This document shows positions 50,017-62,990 of a stretch of DNA of 64,000 nt, piece after piece (position 1 is the stretch's first letter; each line of letters begins with the position of its first letter). The DNA comes from Phoronis australis (lineage: Eukaryota; Animalia; Phoronida): the NCBI GenBank assembly GCA_002633005.1, contig NMRA01000375.1:260241-324240 (forward strand), written 5' to 3'. Under the pieces are notes generated by a model that saw only the letters and a program-made list of their open reading frames with translations, searched no databases and had not been told where the DNA came from. The position numbers and the translations under genes are program-made.

Positions 50017-53000
50017 GCCATACTAGTGTTAGCTGTTGGCATCTATTCAAATGCTGTCACAAAGTATGCCTATTCTTTTTAACATAGAAAAATCAACCAT
50101 TTACCTTTGAAGGTCAAACATTCAGTTCAAGATTAAGTGTCCTTGAGAAGAAATTAAGTCTGGCTTGAAGACTCTGAATGTCAAGGTTCTGTGGGAATTG
50201 TTAAGTGAATTTAGTTATATATTGGTTGACACGCTCTGCCGCACAGACTGGAGTTGAAAGGCTGTTCTGCGACTTCTCTCAACCACTACCAATATACAGT
50301 CACAATATTGTCGTGTTCTACTAATGACTGAGGTTCCCTTCTCACCAACTGGTTGTTGAAAAAACACCAACACATCAATAACATGAAAAACAATACTATA
50401 GACAGATTGGTTGTCATAGAAACACTTAAAGCATTTGATAACCATTGCATGCTTACTGCTTACAGTAGTTACAGTTAACATATTATTTGAAGCTGTTTTG
50501 TTCTGAGATGTCTGAGTGATGGTACATATTTAAAGGACTGTCCTCAAACTTTTTGTTGGTGTGCGCTTAACGAGGCACTGCATTACCATGGCAACATTTT
50601 TGATTACATGTAGGGCATTTTTACATTCCACCAGGAGTAACTAGTTTTCTGAGAGGTCTACTTTTAGTGAAATTACATCTTATTATCTCAAACATGGGTA
50701 TTGCTGCAACACATATTTAAATCAGTTCACATATTGCTTGGGATTCGAAATAAGGCCACTTTGAGAGTAATAAATGGTATTATTGATTCAAACTTGAGTT
50801 CTTTGATTGTCTTTAGAAAAAGAGAAAGGTAGATATTTACCCAGCCACATGTAGAGTAATTTTTTACCATTTTCCAACAAAAATAGCCGTTTTTTTCATT
50901 TTTGAGAGTATTAGTTCGCATTTTTTTTAAAATACTGTCTGATGGCTATGTAGCAGAACTTGAAATGATAGAACTAATTTGGTTTCATTTAAGAAGTTGG
51001 AAATAGCATTTTACTAGTTGGCCATATTGTGTCTTGTATTTGTAAGATTTTATCGTAACAATACTCCCATCAGCAAAAGAATGAAGGTTGTCTCTTGGTG
51101 ACTGACCCTGATTGACTGGCCCCATCATCGCATAATTGATTCCCTTGGAGACTTTTAAAATTGTCCAAGCTTTCTTGGCTACTGTAAACATGCTTTTACT
51201 TGTGACCATGCCAGTTATTAAATTATATAAACTCTACCCTTTATTTCCATAGAATTGTAGTGCTGAGTAGCAATCTGGTTTTAAGACCATCAAAACATCT
51301 ACGAAATGCCACTGTCTGGTAAAGTTAATTATGGTTATTACCGTAAATGTTTGGGTTAACGCCCTGGGCGGTTAAATTGGGAAACCCAAAAAATCGGGGG
51401 TGGGCGGTTAACCAGACATGGGCGCTTAAACGTGAAACTTCAAAAAATCCAGGGTGGGCGGTTAACCCAACGTGGGCGCTTATTACGACAGGCAAGCGCC
51501 CTGGGCGGTTAATCTTACCTCGTGATCTAAGTTCCCACACCACACACATAGGCCTACTCGGAACGCGTAGCACTTTTCAAAGAGCGTTATCGTCACGTCG
51601 CCACATGACGGGAAAATGTCATAACAGCGGATGATCCTAACAAAGGTTATCATGCCTCAGATTAGTTATTCACTGTTAAATTTATGGAATTGCTGAGTAA
51701 TAGCCCCGTGCCGTCTTGCGGTCTTGTAGAGCGCAGATGACCAGTGACCACGCAGTCTCTACTTGGATTGCAACTATTTCATCTTGCTAAAGTGCGCGCG
51801 TGCAAGCTTCATGTGTTGCAGAGACCATAGCAGACATCAAATTTATGGTTACTAGCTGCCAAGTTCATAGTCAGAGAGCAGTTTTAAAATTGGTTGTAAT
51901 AACGGTTTGAAAACCTTAATTCAGATTTTTTTTGTGTTTGGGATCTTTATAGTCGATACTCCGTGACTCAATGACATTTTCAGCGTATGGTTCTGTGGCT
52001 TGCTGTTTTATCTCGACTGCACGGTATTGCTCACTTGCCGTTGCGCCAAACATGCTCGGCAAAGAAGTAGGCCGAAGACAAGAATCGGGGTTAAGCGGGC
52101 GTGAGCCACTCGTCAATCAAGAATAAAATTTCGAGCCACGGCATAAATATGTGATAAAACGCTACAAAACAGTGATGTTTCAATACATAAATGATCACCT
52201 TACCAAACTTCGTGGTGGAAAAACTTTTTTTTTCATGCAAGATGTCCAGATTAGCCTTGCAATATTGCACTGCGGCACTGTTCGGTCCCGTTGTTAGCGC
52301 GCAATGTCCGCTCAGTCGGCTGACAATCGTGACTTGGAAATGCCGTCAAGTAATATAACGGCCTCTTTCAATATGCATCTCGTTTTTTTATGGCCAAAGA
52401 TAGCGGCGGGATTCAGCACGCGCGTAGGGCCTACGTGCGAGTCACCTGTCCATCACATGTTGGTGTCACGGTAACGTGCACTCCAAAGTGTGGGAACTTG
52501 CGCGCGTGCACCACTACAAGTCACACATCAAAAGAGAATAGCGAGAGTCCTAAGTAACAGAAACGGGCGTGACTATACACTTTTAACCATTGTCTCATTT
52601 TTCTGGCCTGATTTTTTCGAATATATGTTTTCTCAAGTGCACCGCAGACGAAAACTCAGCGCGGCAGACAAAGTCGAGGAAAGCGAAGGTTTTGACGACG
52701 GCGGCGTTCTTAAACTTTGCAAACATGGGAAGAAAATAAAGTGACAAAAACGTTCAAGTATTATATTTTGAAGTGAGTCCATGACCCAAGACAATAACTC
52801 GTTACTTGTATAATTGCAATTCACATTGCTAAACCACCGTCTCGGAGGCCCGGCGTCGTTGCACTCATTGTGGTCATCGATCGTTTTCTAAAAGTCGGGG
52901 AATCTCGCGTTTCCTTAGCACTGGGCGNGCCATACTAGTGTTAGCTGTTGGCATCTATTCAAATGCTGTCACAAAGTATGCCTATTCTTTTTAACATAGA

Positions 53001-54252
53001 AAAATCAACCATTTACCTTTGAAGGTCAAACATTCAGTTCAAGATTAAGTGTCCTTGAGAAGAAATTAAGTCTGGCTTGAAGACTCTGAATGTCAAGGTT
53101 CTGTGGGAATTGTTAAGTGAATTTAGTTGTATATTGGTTGACACGCTCTGCCGCACAGACTGGAGTTGAAAGGCTGTTCTGCGACTTCTCTCAACCACTA
53201 CCAATATACAGTCACAATATTGTCGTGTTCTACTAATGACTGAGGTTCCCTTCTCACCAACTGGTTGTTGAAAAAACACCAACACATCAATAACATGAAA
53301 AACAATACTATAGACAGATTGGTTGTCATAGAAACACTTAAAGCATTTGATAACCATTGCATGCTTACTGCTTACAGTAGTTACAGTTAACATATTATTT
53401 GAAGCTGTTTTGCTCTGAGATGTCTGAGTGATGGTACATATTTAAAGGACTGTCCTCAAACATTTTGTTGGTGTGCGCTTAACGAGGCACTGCATTACCA
53501 TGGCACATTTTTGATTACATGTAGGGCATTTTGACATTCCACCAGGAGTAACTAGTTTTCTGAGAGGTCTACTTTTAGTGAAATTACATCTTATTATCTC
53601 AAACATGGGTATTGCTGCAACACATTATATTTAAATCAGTTCACATATTGCTTGGGATTCGAAATAAGGCCACTTTGAGAGTAATAAATGGTATTATTGA
53701 TTCAAACTTGAGTTCTTTGATTGTCTTTAGAAAAAGAGAAAGGTAGATATTTACCCAGTCACATGTAGAGTAATTTTTTACCATTTTCCAACAAAAATAG
53801 CCGTTTTTTCATTTTTGAGAGTATTAGTTCGCATTTTTTTCAAAATACTGTCTGATGGCTATGTAGCAGAACTTGAAATGATAGAACTAATTTGGTTTCA
53901 TTTAAGATGTTGGAAATAGCATTTTACTAGTTGGCCATATTGTGTCTTGTACTTGTAAGATTTTATCGTAACAATACTCCCAAAAGCAAAAGAATGAAGG
54001 TTGTCTCTTGTTGACTGACCCTGATTGACTGGCCCCATCATCGTATAATTGATTCCCTTGGAGACTTTTAAAATGTCCAAGCTTTTTTGGCTACTGTAAA
54101 CATGCTTTTACTTGTGACCATGCCAGTTATTAAATTTTATAAACTCTACCCTTTATTTCCATAGAATTGTAGTGCTGAGTAGCAATCTGGTTTTAAGACC
54201 TTCAAAACATCCACGAAATGCCACTGTCTGGTAAAGTTAATTATGGTTATTA
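50017..54252. repeat. 1.32 kb duplication (50017-51340 / 52929-54252) separated by a TE and an n
   Basis: Near-identical blocks; n at 52928. Confidence 0.9.
51341..52927 (+). mobile_element. TA-inserted CCGTA-ended DNA transposon (truncated at the n)
   Basis: ta|CCGTAAATGTTTGGGTTAACGCCCTGGGCGG...; the duplicate block shows the empty site ttatta|gtatc at 54252. Confidence 0.85.
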
Positions 54253-57200
54253 GTATCTCCTCTACATGCGTGTGTGGATACCAGGAATCAAGTGATTATA
54301 TCTTCTTTACATTTTGCTGTTATTTTGAAGGGCATTATTGGGTAAACTAGGAATCCTGGGAAACTGCCCCTCTGACGCTCAGACTGGAGGACTTGACTTG
54401 CCGATACTAGTTGAGTGAGCCACTTTTGACAACAAAGTGTTGCAACTGTACAAACAGATAAATCCTCAATAGTGTGACTGTTCTAACAGGATACACAAGA
54501 TAAACTGTTATAACTTTTCACTGCACAGTTTGTGATCTTGTAACTTAATTTGGCCACAGACTATCGCAATCCTCAAATTACAGCAGTGTGTACTGTCTCG
54601 GAATCACAAACTGTTACAATTTTTTTGTTACAAGAGTTTGTGGCCTGTGTTGTTGCACAATCTGTATCCCTCAAACTGCAGTGATCTCGAAACAACAATT
54701 TTATGCTACAAAAGCAGTACCTACGTCATGAAATCTAATGGGCAATGGTCACTGTCATATCTTTACATTGAAGTCATAACCTGCCACCCACGCCATTCTG
54801 TCAACCATGACGCTGTTGTCGTTCAAAATGATTGTTTTTTGTTATTGTTGTTAAATGGTCTATGATACCATGCCCTTCAAGCTCATTGGTCTGGGGGGAA
54901 AGTGGTCTTTTGCCTCGAGTTTCCCTACCTAGACCTCCGATGCTTCAATTTTTGGGATGAATGTTGGCCCCAATTCCTATGGAAAATATTTTAAAATTAC
55001 GTGATGTTCCCCTTATTGTGCCCAAAATTACCTTCCAATGATTAAAAAGTCTCTCAAGGTTAGAATCACTGAAATAATGTGCTAATTTCGGTTACTTGAG
55101 GCCAGTGAGGGGTGGCGACCGCAGGTGGAATTGGTGACCAGGGGAATTTTCCCCTCTACCAAAAAATTCCATCTCCAAAGGTACAGGCACGCTTCCCCTT
55201 GGGTGACAGAGAGGTGAGAGCCCCACCCACTTTCTCTGTCTTCCATTTTCATGGGGAGGTGCTGAATCGCCCATACTTCAAGACTCCAGAGACTTCTGCC
55301 AACCATCACTGCATCCTGATTATGTTGTGACAATTGATGCTTTGAAGGTTTGTACAAAATGTTGTAATTTTAGAGTTACCACAGCTTGCGCAGCCCCTCA
55401 AACCATAATTTGTCATAGCGAAAAACTATGACAACCTGTGATTTATAGGCTTGCAAACATTGTGCCGTTGTGACATTTAATGGTCTAACAAAACACTCAA
55501 GTGATTTGATTCGGGGCTGAAGACCTCTGTTATTCCAGTATCGAAGCATGTCATTTTTTCCATGAAACCTCTGTGTGTGTGCTCAAGTTTTGTGCCATAG
55601 CAACCATCAAACAAAGTTTTGAAAATCTTTGGGCACTTACAATACTATTGGAAACCCTTGAAAAATGAAAAAAGTTCATTTTGGATAATTATTTTTGTCC
55701 AAATTTGTTAAGATTTTGCCGTAATCGTGAAAATAAATGCCGTTAGGTAGACTCGGAGACATTTATGTTCACGGGTTGTTGGTGGATGAGGTGCATTAAG
55801 GATCACTTTAAATAAAACAAATGCCGGGCAGCCAGAACTCAGTTGCTCACACACATTTGCTGATTCCTTGGTACCACTTACAATGTTTCAAAATTTCTGA
55901 AAGAATTTGCAATGTTCTACACTAGGGTATTTATCAACCTTATTGCATTTTTTCAGAATTGAAATGCATACGTATTGTTCGAAATTATATTTTTCTTGCC
56001 ATTGGTATCCATAAGTGTCCGTTGAACACATCATTTATGTGTCAAATATGGGAATTGCTTGAGACGGCTTGATTTCAATTACATGTCTAATCTTTATCAG
56101 CTATTTTCAGGCCTTCTGTTTTTCGATGATTTTAGCAGTTTATAACGTCTGCTTATCATTTAAATTAATGCTGAGATTGATTCCCATGAAATTTTGTTCA
56201 TTAAGTAATTGTATAATTTATTGCCAAGGGAACAGTGTCTCAGATGTTTTATTTCCATCCATACAATGAAGATTCATAGACAATCAAAACTGAAGACTTG
56301 GTATGTTGTTTTGAAAAGGGACTTAAATGGCTAATATCTGTTTTAGGGTAAATCAAAAATCTGAAACAGTTTCCTGCATTTTGACAGTAAGAATATGTAG
56401 TTTGTATTCTATAGTCTCTCGCAGTTTATGTTTTTTGAAATTCATGTTCAAAACAAAAATTGATTTTTCAAAATTGTCAATCTCGTGATTGTAAGCAATT
56501 GTGTGATGTTTTAATGAATGAATTAAGATTTTGCAATCAATGAGGATTTCAAAAGTATATGGGTTGAAAATGGTCTGAAAATTTTGTTTGAGGAAGTGTG
56601 AACGGACTTCACGAAGGTTGACAACTACCTTGTAGCTGTTGACATAGCAAAATTATGGCCTGGATGATAATATAAACTCGCTCTGTTATGCACAGGGATC
56701 CATCAGAAAATTTACAGTCCTAAATCAGTAGGATGTACCAACTAAGGTACATTTTTCACGACAGATTGCTGCTATAGGCCTGGTCACACCAAGTTAAATC
56801 TCTGGGTGGGTGAAGAAACTGTGGGTAGAAGCCTCCGACTCGCAGAGTTGAAGGAGTAGAGAATAAAAGAACACAAAAAATCTGCTGTAGCACTTTGCTG
56901 TCTATGATATGAGGCAAAGGCAACAGTTGGATGACGGAGTGAAGCTGGTGACGACTGGGGAGTGACGTGAAAGTGAAGTCTATTTGTGGGATCTGAAAAA
57001 CCTAGAAGAACAAGAGGCATCGACTTAGCATTGCACTATCTGAATATGAACCCTGTAGATGGTGTCAAATGCAAACAATTTTATGTACTCACATGTATAT
57101 ATAAGGTTGCATATTGCTGTTATTGTGTCCGGTTGATCTCTTGGTATTTCAAAAATTCACGGCCAGAACTTGAAATTTGGAACTATGGTGTAGGTCATCG

Positions 57201-57370
57201 CTGGAGTAGGGCATTCCATTTTCAATGTTTTGCACCCCAGAGCCATTTTGGTCTTAGGAGTCTGTCAGGGGAGAACCGTTTAATGGATTTCATTGAAACT
57301 GGATGTATAGGTCATGTCATTGGGCAATTTCAACTACTGCAGCAATCTTTAATGGCCATTTTGTCTGGTT

Positions 57371-57492
57371 ACTTGGCGGAATTCTTCCGCCAAGTATGTT
57401 GCTCTGACAGCAAGTTTTTTTTTTTACTTGGCGGAATTCTTCGAATTCCGTCAAGTATGTTGCTCTGACAGCAAGTTTTTTTTTTTTTTTTT
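57371..57492 (+). mobile_element. 5' end of a Helentron-associated (HINE/DINE-1-like) element
   Basis: ACTTGGCGGAA-ttc-TTCCGCCAAGT hairpin, repeated twice, then poly-T; sits in a T-run that is uninterrupted in the other copy (58858-58862). Confidence 0.6.
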
Positions 57493-57690
57493 NNNNNNNN
57501 NNNNNNNNNNNNNNNNNNNNNNNNNNNNNNNNNNNNNNNNNNNNNNNNNNNNNNNNNNNNNNNNNNNNNNNNNNNNNNNNNNNNNNNNNNNNNNNNNNNN
57601 NNNNNNNNNNNNNNNNNNNNNNNNNNNNNNNNNNNNNNNNNNNNNNNNNNNNNNNNNNNNNNNNNNNNNNNNNNNNNNNNNNNNNNNNNN

Positions 57691-57810
57691 CCCCCCCCCC
57701 CGATTTCTTGAAATTTCACGTTTAAGCGCCCATGTCTGGTTAACCGCCCACCCCCGATTTTTTGGGTTCGCCAATTTAACCGCCCAGGGCGTTAACCCGA
57801 ACGATTACGG
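57691..57810 (-). mobile_element. Terminal fragment of the same CCGTA-ended family, opposite orientation
   Basis: Reverse complement of the 51341 end; followed by TA; empty site at 56324-56325 in the duplicate block. Confidence 0.85.
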
Positions 57811-60800
57811 TAAATGGCTAGTATCTGTTTTAGGGTAAATCAAAAATCTGAGACAGTTTCCTGCATTTTGACAGTAAGGATATGTAGTTTGTATTCTACA
57901 GTCTCTTGCAGTTTATGTTTTTTGAAATTCATGTTCAAAACAAAAATTGATTTTTCAAAATTGTCAGTCTCGTGATTGTAAGCAATTGTGTGATGTTTTA
58001 ATGAATGAATTAAGATTTTGCAATCATTGAGGATTCCAAAAGTATATGGGTTGAAAATGGACTGTTATAATTTTGTTTGAGGAAGTGTGAATGGACTTCA
58101 CGAAGGTTGACAACTACCTTGTAGCTGTTGACATTGCAAAATTATGGCCTCGATGATAATATAAACTCGCTCTGTTATGCACACCGATCCATCAGAAAAT
58201 TTACAGTCCTAAATCACTAGGATGTGCCAACTAAGGTACATTTTTCACGACAGATTGCTGCTATAGGCCTGGTCACACCAAGTTAATTCTCTGTGCAGTG
58301 GGTAAACAAACTGTGGGTAGAGGCCTCCGACTCACAGAGTTGAAGGAGTAGAGAATAAAAGAACACAAAAAATCTGCTGTAGCACTTTGCTGTCTATGAT
58401 ATGAGGCAAAGGCAACAGTTGGGTGACGAAGTGAAGCTGGTGACGACTGGGGAGTGAGGTGGAAGTGAAGTCTATTTGTGGGATCTGAAAAACCTAGAAC
58501 AAGTGGCATCGACTAAGCATTGTACTGTCTGAGTATGAACCCTGTAGATGGTGTCAAATGCAAACAATTTTATGTACTCACATGTATATATAAGGTTGCA
58601 TATTGCTGTTATCGTGTCCGGTTGATCTCTTGATATTTCAAAAATTCACGGCCAGAACTTGAAATTTGGAATTATGGTGTAGGTCATCGCTGGAGTAGGG
58701 CATTCCACTTTCAATGTTTTGCACCCCGGAGCCATTTTAGTCTTAGGAGTCTTTCAGGGGAGAACCGTTTAACGGATTTCATTGAAACTGGATGTAGAGG
58801 TCATGTCATTGGGCAATTTCAACTACTGCAGCAACCTATAGTGGCCTATTTGTCTGGTTTTTCTGTTGTACGGGTTGCTCGAAATTTCAAAAAAAAACAC
58901 TGGTATTTTCGCGAAATTTGACACAAGGATGTAGGGCACGGATAGAGTGGTTTATGCTAATTAATGGCTGCTAAGTGCGGTGACCCTTTGTGCATGTTTT
59001 ATTTCTTTGTTACACATGTTGAATCTTCATTTTTAAAAACTTTTGACTTGATATTAGTTATAAAAGGTGAGGTGCCTATACCGTTTCAGGTGTGACTATT
59101 GCAGCGACCTCTTGTGGTCGGATTGTTGTCTCGTTGTAGCTTGCATGAAACTGATATGCAGCCCTAGACACATGCAGTTTATGGGTTCCTGTGAGCACAT
59201 ATCAACACTGCATTTCTCTTGCTGACCACTGCTACCCTGTACCGCCCATCCTCTGGCCATTTCATCAGGACCTCATGAAAGAGGTTTCTGGTGTGACTTT
59301 ATAGGATGCGGTTCTATAATCTACTGGTCCTGTTTTAATTATGGTGTTGCATCTTTGCCAGCAATTGCTACACATTTGAATAGCATTTGGCCTGCTTGAT
59401 GTTGGGACTATAACTTCACTATTGTTAACATTATCGTTACACAACTACTGGCTTACAAATTGATTAACAAATGGTGTAAATATGTATTCAAGACTATGTA
59501 ACTGTAAGTACATTTGTAGTTACAGAAAACATCAGCTGCCATATCATTCCAGTGCGTTTGTTGATATTCGCAAACTTCCGACATGCTGGGATTGAACGTT
59601 GCAGTACAGTCTGATTTTGATTGTGATGCCTTAGGGAAAAGACAGTTGCTGGCGAAAAGTTGCACAAAGTATCCACATTGTCTTGTTAACCAAAATGCCT
59701 TAGTGCCGTCTACACACAGTCTTCCCCTTGAACAAGTTACTCCTGGAATAAGTTGCCACTAGGTTTGGAGACTCTGTGGACGCTGTTTAAACTAGTGCAT
59801 GACTTACCCCACTTGTGACAACTAAAGTCCCATCCACACACAGCCTACCCTAGAGCAACTTGCACTAGCGCAACTTACCCTACTTTAGAGTGGAGCGTAC
59901 AGACACACATATTCGATATCTAGGGTAAGGCAGAAGTTGTCGCTCTGTGCGTGGCAATGAATGCCTTATGAGTCATTCCATATGAAATCACCCAGAGGGT
60001 GTCAGGTCACCATCTCAGAATTGGATAAAAATTTTCTGAGAGGTTTATCGTAATACACAATGGTTAGTTGCAACATTTCATTTACCTGCGTCAAAGGGTC
60101 TCTGAGATATGGCCCTTTGAAACATTGGGTGCCATGCTCATTTTTGCCCTCGCGTATTGAAACTGTTTTCTTCTGATTTTGGAGGCTTTTAAGTTCAAAA
60201 TTAAGCATTGCATTGAACTGAAAATTCCTAGATGGATTAACACCATACCAGGCTGTTAGAATTTATCACCAGAATTCACCAAGCAAATGTCATACCTGAA
60301 CTGAGGGGGCCCTAAATGTAAAAAAATTGCGATCACAAATCTTGAATTCGACTTTTGACTAGTCCCAGAATATTAAATGAAAGCAACCAAGACACTTAAA
60401 ATACAAAAAGTATATTCCTTATTAGTACTGTAAACTTTAAAAAGTAAAAAAAAAACAAATTTTGATGGTCAGTGTATAAAGTTAATTGGCACTAAAAGCA
60501 TTTTCAGTTAAATAACACCTTTTATCAGTCATTTCCGGCACGCAAAAGTCAGTGTCTGCAGTTTTCAGTGATATTGTCTTATGTATAATGATTATATTTC
60601 CAAAAATGTTTTGTTTAAAGCATCTTCATTGTTAAATGAGTCTTTGTTAAAGGGAGGTTTATGAAATTTTCTCATATGCAATCCGTTTAGGCCATTACAT
60701 TGATAGTTTTAATGACCTTCAGGCTCAAGTTATTGGATTTATTCTAAAAGACAGTATCATGTTATTTTAAACTTTTTTGACGCAGGCAATTTTTAAGATA

Positions 60801-61189
60801 GGTCATAAAATGACACGATGTTATTAAAAGTTTGCTATGACTTGGTAGTTTGGATTTTCTTGCTGAAGTTAAAGACAATGTCATTGAAGTTGTAATGATT
60901 TTCAGGCTCAAGTTATTGGATTTATTGCAAAAGATACTATCATATTAATGATAATCCAAACTTTACTTTGACTCAGACAGTTTTTAAGTGCGGAATGACA
61001 ATACGACATACAAAGCTAAAAAAATTTGTTATGGCTTAAAGTTCATAAACGGTAGATGCATATTAACTCGAGCACCATCTCGACTTCAGGTACAACTGTG
61101 GAAATTTTTGTCCGAAAAGTTGGGGATTGTTTTGAGTCTGACAACATTTTATTTCTAAAGCACGGTCCAAGTATATTATTGATAAGGTT

Positions 61190-62110
61190 GCAGTAGACAA
61201 AGGAGTTGTTTTGTATATCATCCAGGATGCTGTTCATTGGTTCCATTTGAACAATTCCTAAGCCACATTTCATCCATTTGCGGCTGAAGTGCTCATTGGT
61301 TTAGCTGCATCTGTTATTTCTGAAAGTGTGACGGCACGATACTGTGTCTGTACATACATTTATCACCACTTTGATACCATTACCATACTGGAGGAACGTT
61401 CTGTCATTTGTGAAAATAGAATGTACTTAAGTGATGGAGCAGGTAGTCAATACAAAAACTAGTTTATTAACTAGTGTTATCGCATGGATGATTTTGGGCT
61501 TGACACTGAGTGGGTCTTCCCATGGAAAAAGTCCATGATGGGATAGGACTGGTACTCATTGTCAGAGCAGGCCTCTAGGCTTGAACAACAGCTTATCACA
61601 TTCTCACTCCATTGCAGCCGTGTCAGTGGTCACATTCCTGGCATTAAATTTTGCTATATTTCAGTAGATGACATTTTAAGAAATGAGATTGGTTATGATC
61701 TTTATAAAATATTCGGTAGTGGAAACTCTGTCACAGGCCCTAGGTCACACCAATGTTTCATGCCATTGTGTTAGAATGCATTTAAGATGAAACGAGTATC
61801 AGTGGGTGATCATTTAACACTTATTGGTGAAGAACCTGCAGGTGAGCTAGATCATGAGACACTTCATGCTTTTGTGAATGGCAAGGAATGCTGAATTGGG
61901 TGTAGAGAAGATCATTCTGAAGAAAACAGCGATATATTAGTCACTTTGATGACATAATCGACCATGGCATGGTCATCTGTTTCACAGAAAAATGTATGCT
62001 GGGTTCTTTTTTTAACTTTGAGTGTGTGTGTCGTGTCTGCCCTTGTAATTCAGGGACACCGCGTATACGCTGTTAGACTGTCGCAGCAGAATATTGTTCG
62101 AATTTTATTT
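61190..62110 (+). pseudogene. Degraded DDD-type DNA transposase (Sola-like)
   Basis: Frame-broken motifs IQDAVHWFHLNNS*ATFHPF, HDTVSVHTF, YLSDGAGSQYKN*FIN*C..DDFGLDTEW, SHGKSP/DGIG; inverted subterminal repeats at about 60800-60900 and 62225-62340. Confidence 0.7.
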
Positions 62111-62341
62111 AAGTGAAAGTGTACCTTCAGTATTTAAAAACTGTGTAAAAGTAAAGTTTGTAACAACTTCAGTAACAAATATTGCCTTTAACTTTAGCAA
62201 GAAAATCATAACTCCGATCCATTTTTAAGTCATAGCAAACCTTCGTTAACATTGCGTCATTTTATGTCGTATCTTTCTGTAATGAAATACTGATAAATCA
62301 AAGTAAATTTAAAATGACATTACATTGTCTTTTGGAATAAN

Positions 62342-62990
62342 AGACTGACCCAGCCAGCACTGTCCTACTTTAAAGCATGGCTCGTCCGTCATGTTGCGCC
62401 ATCTATTGTTCTTTATTGTAGTTGATTGTGTGCTCTCTATTTGATTTTTCGCTAGTCACATGAATGTTATCGTGTTTGACAAACTACCACTTTAGATAGA
62501 GTTTTGAACGGGCTTTCAGATGATAATTTTCAGTTTGCGCTACAACGTCTACTTTTTGAATTATTCGAGATTTTCGGATACCGTTGTGCCAATTCGGTCA
62601 CGCAGCTGGCTGGCTTTGTTTTGGTTATGCCTAGTTGACCCAGACTGACCCAGCCAGCAGTGTCCTACTGTGGCATAGCTCTCTGTAGACTGTACAATTC
62701 CAGGGCAAATACTTATTGTAAACATAACTTTGCTTTGCAGACTGTCACATAGCGCCACCTATTTTAGAATATGATAACAGACATGACTCGTCCGTCTTGC
62801 TGGGCCATCTATTGTTCTTTATTGTAGTTGATTGTCTGCTCTCTATTTGATTTCTTCGCTAGTCACATGAATGTTATCGTGTTATCGTCTTATTCATAAT
62901 TGCCGCCGTGATCGTCTTGATTGTCGTCGTCTCCCTCATCGTCGTCTTTTCGATTAGTTCCGCCAAGTGTCGCTCCTCTGAGCGCTCTCG
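62342..62990 (+). mobile_element. 3' part of the HINE-like element
   Basis: TTCCGCCAAGT at 62958-62968 (inverse of the 5' subTIR), stem-loop CGCTC-ctct-GAGCG at 62971-62984, then a T-run and the flank matching 58858 onward; internal direct repeats 62342-62476 / 62643-62883. Confidence 0.6.

Larger units (their letters stand above)
56324..58860. repeat. Duplication 56324-57370 / 57811-58859 across the N gap
   Basis: Near-identical blocks on either side of the gap at 57493-57690. Confidence 0.9.

Noticed and set aside
51341-57810. One 6.5 kb transposon bounded by the inverted ends at 51341 and 57810
   Set aside because: Each end has its own empty site (54252 and 56324) and both are the same end type, so they are two independent insertions.
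57369-57838. ORFs spanning the N gap
   Set aside because: Artefacts of translating Ns.
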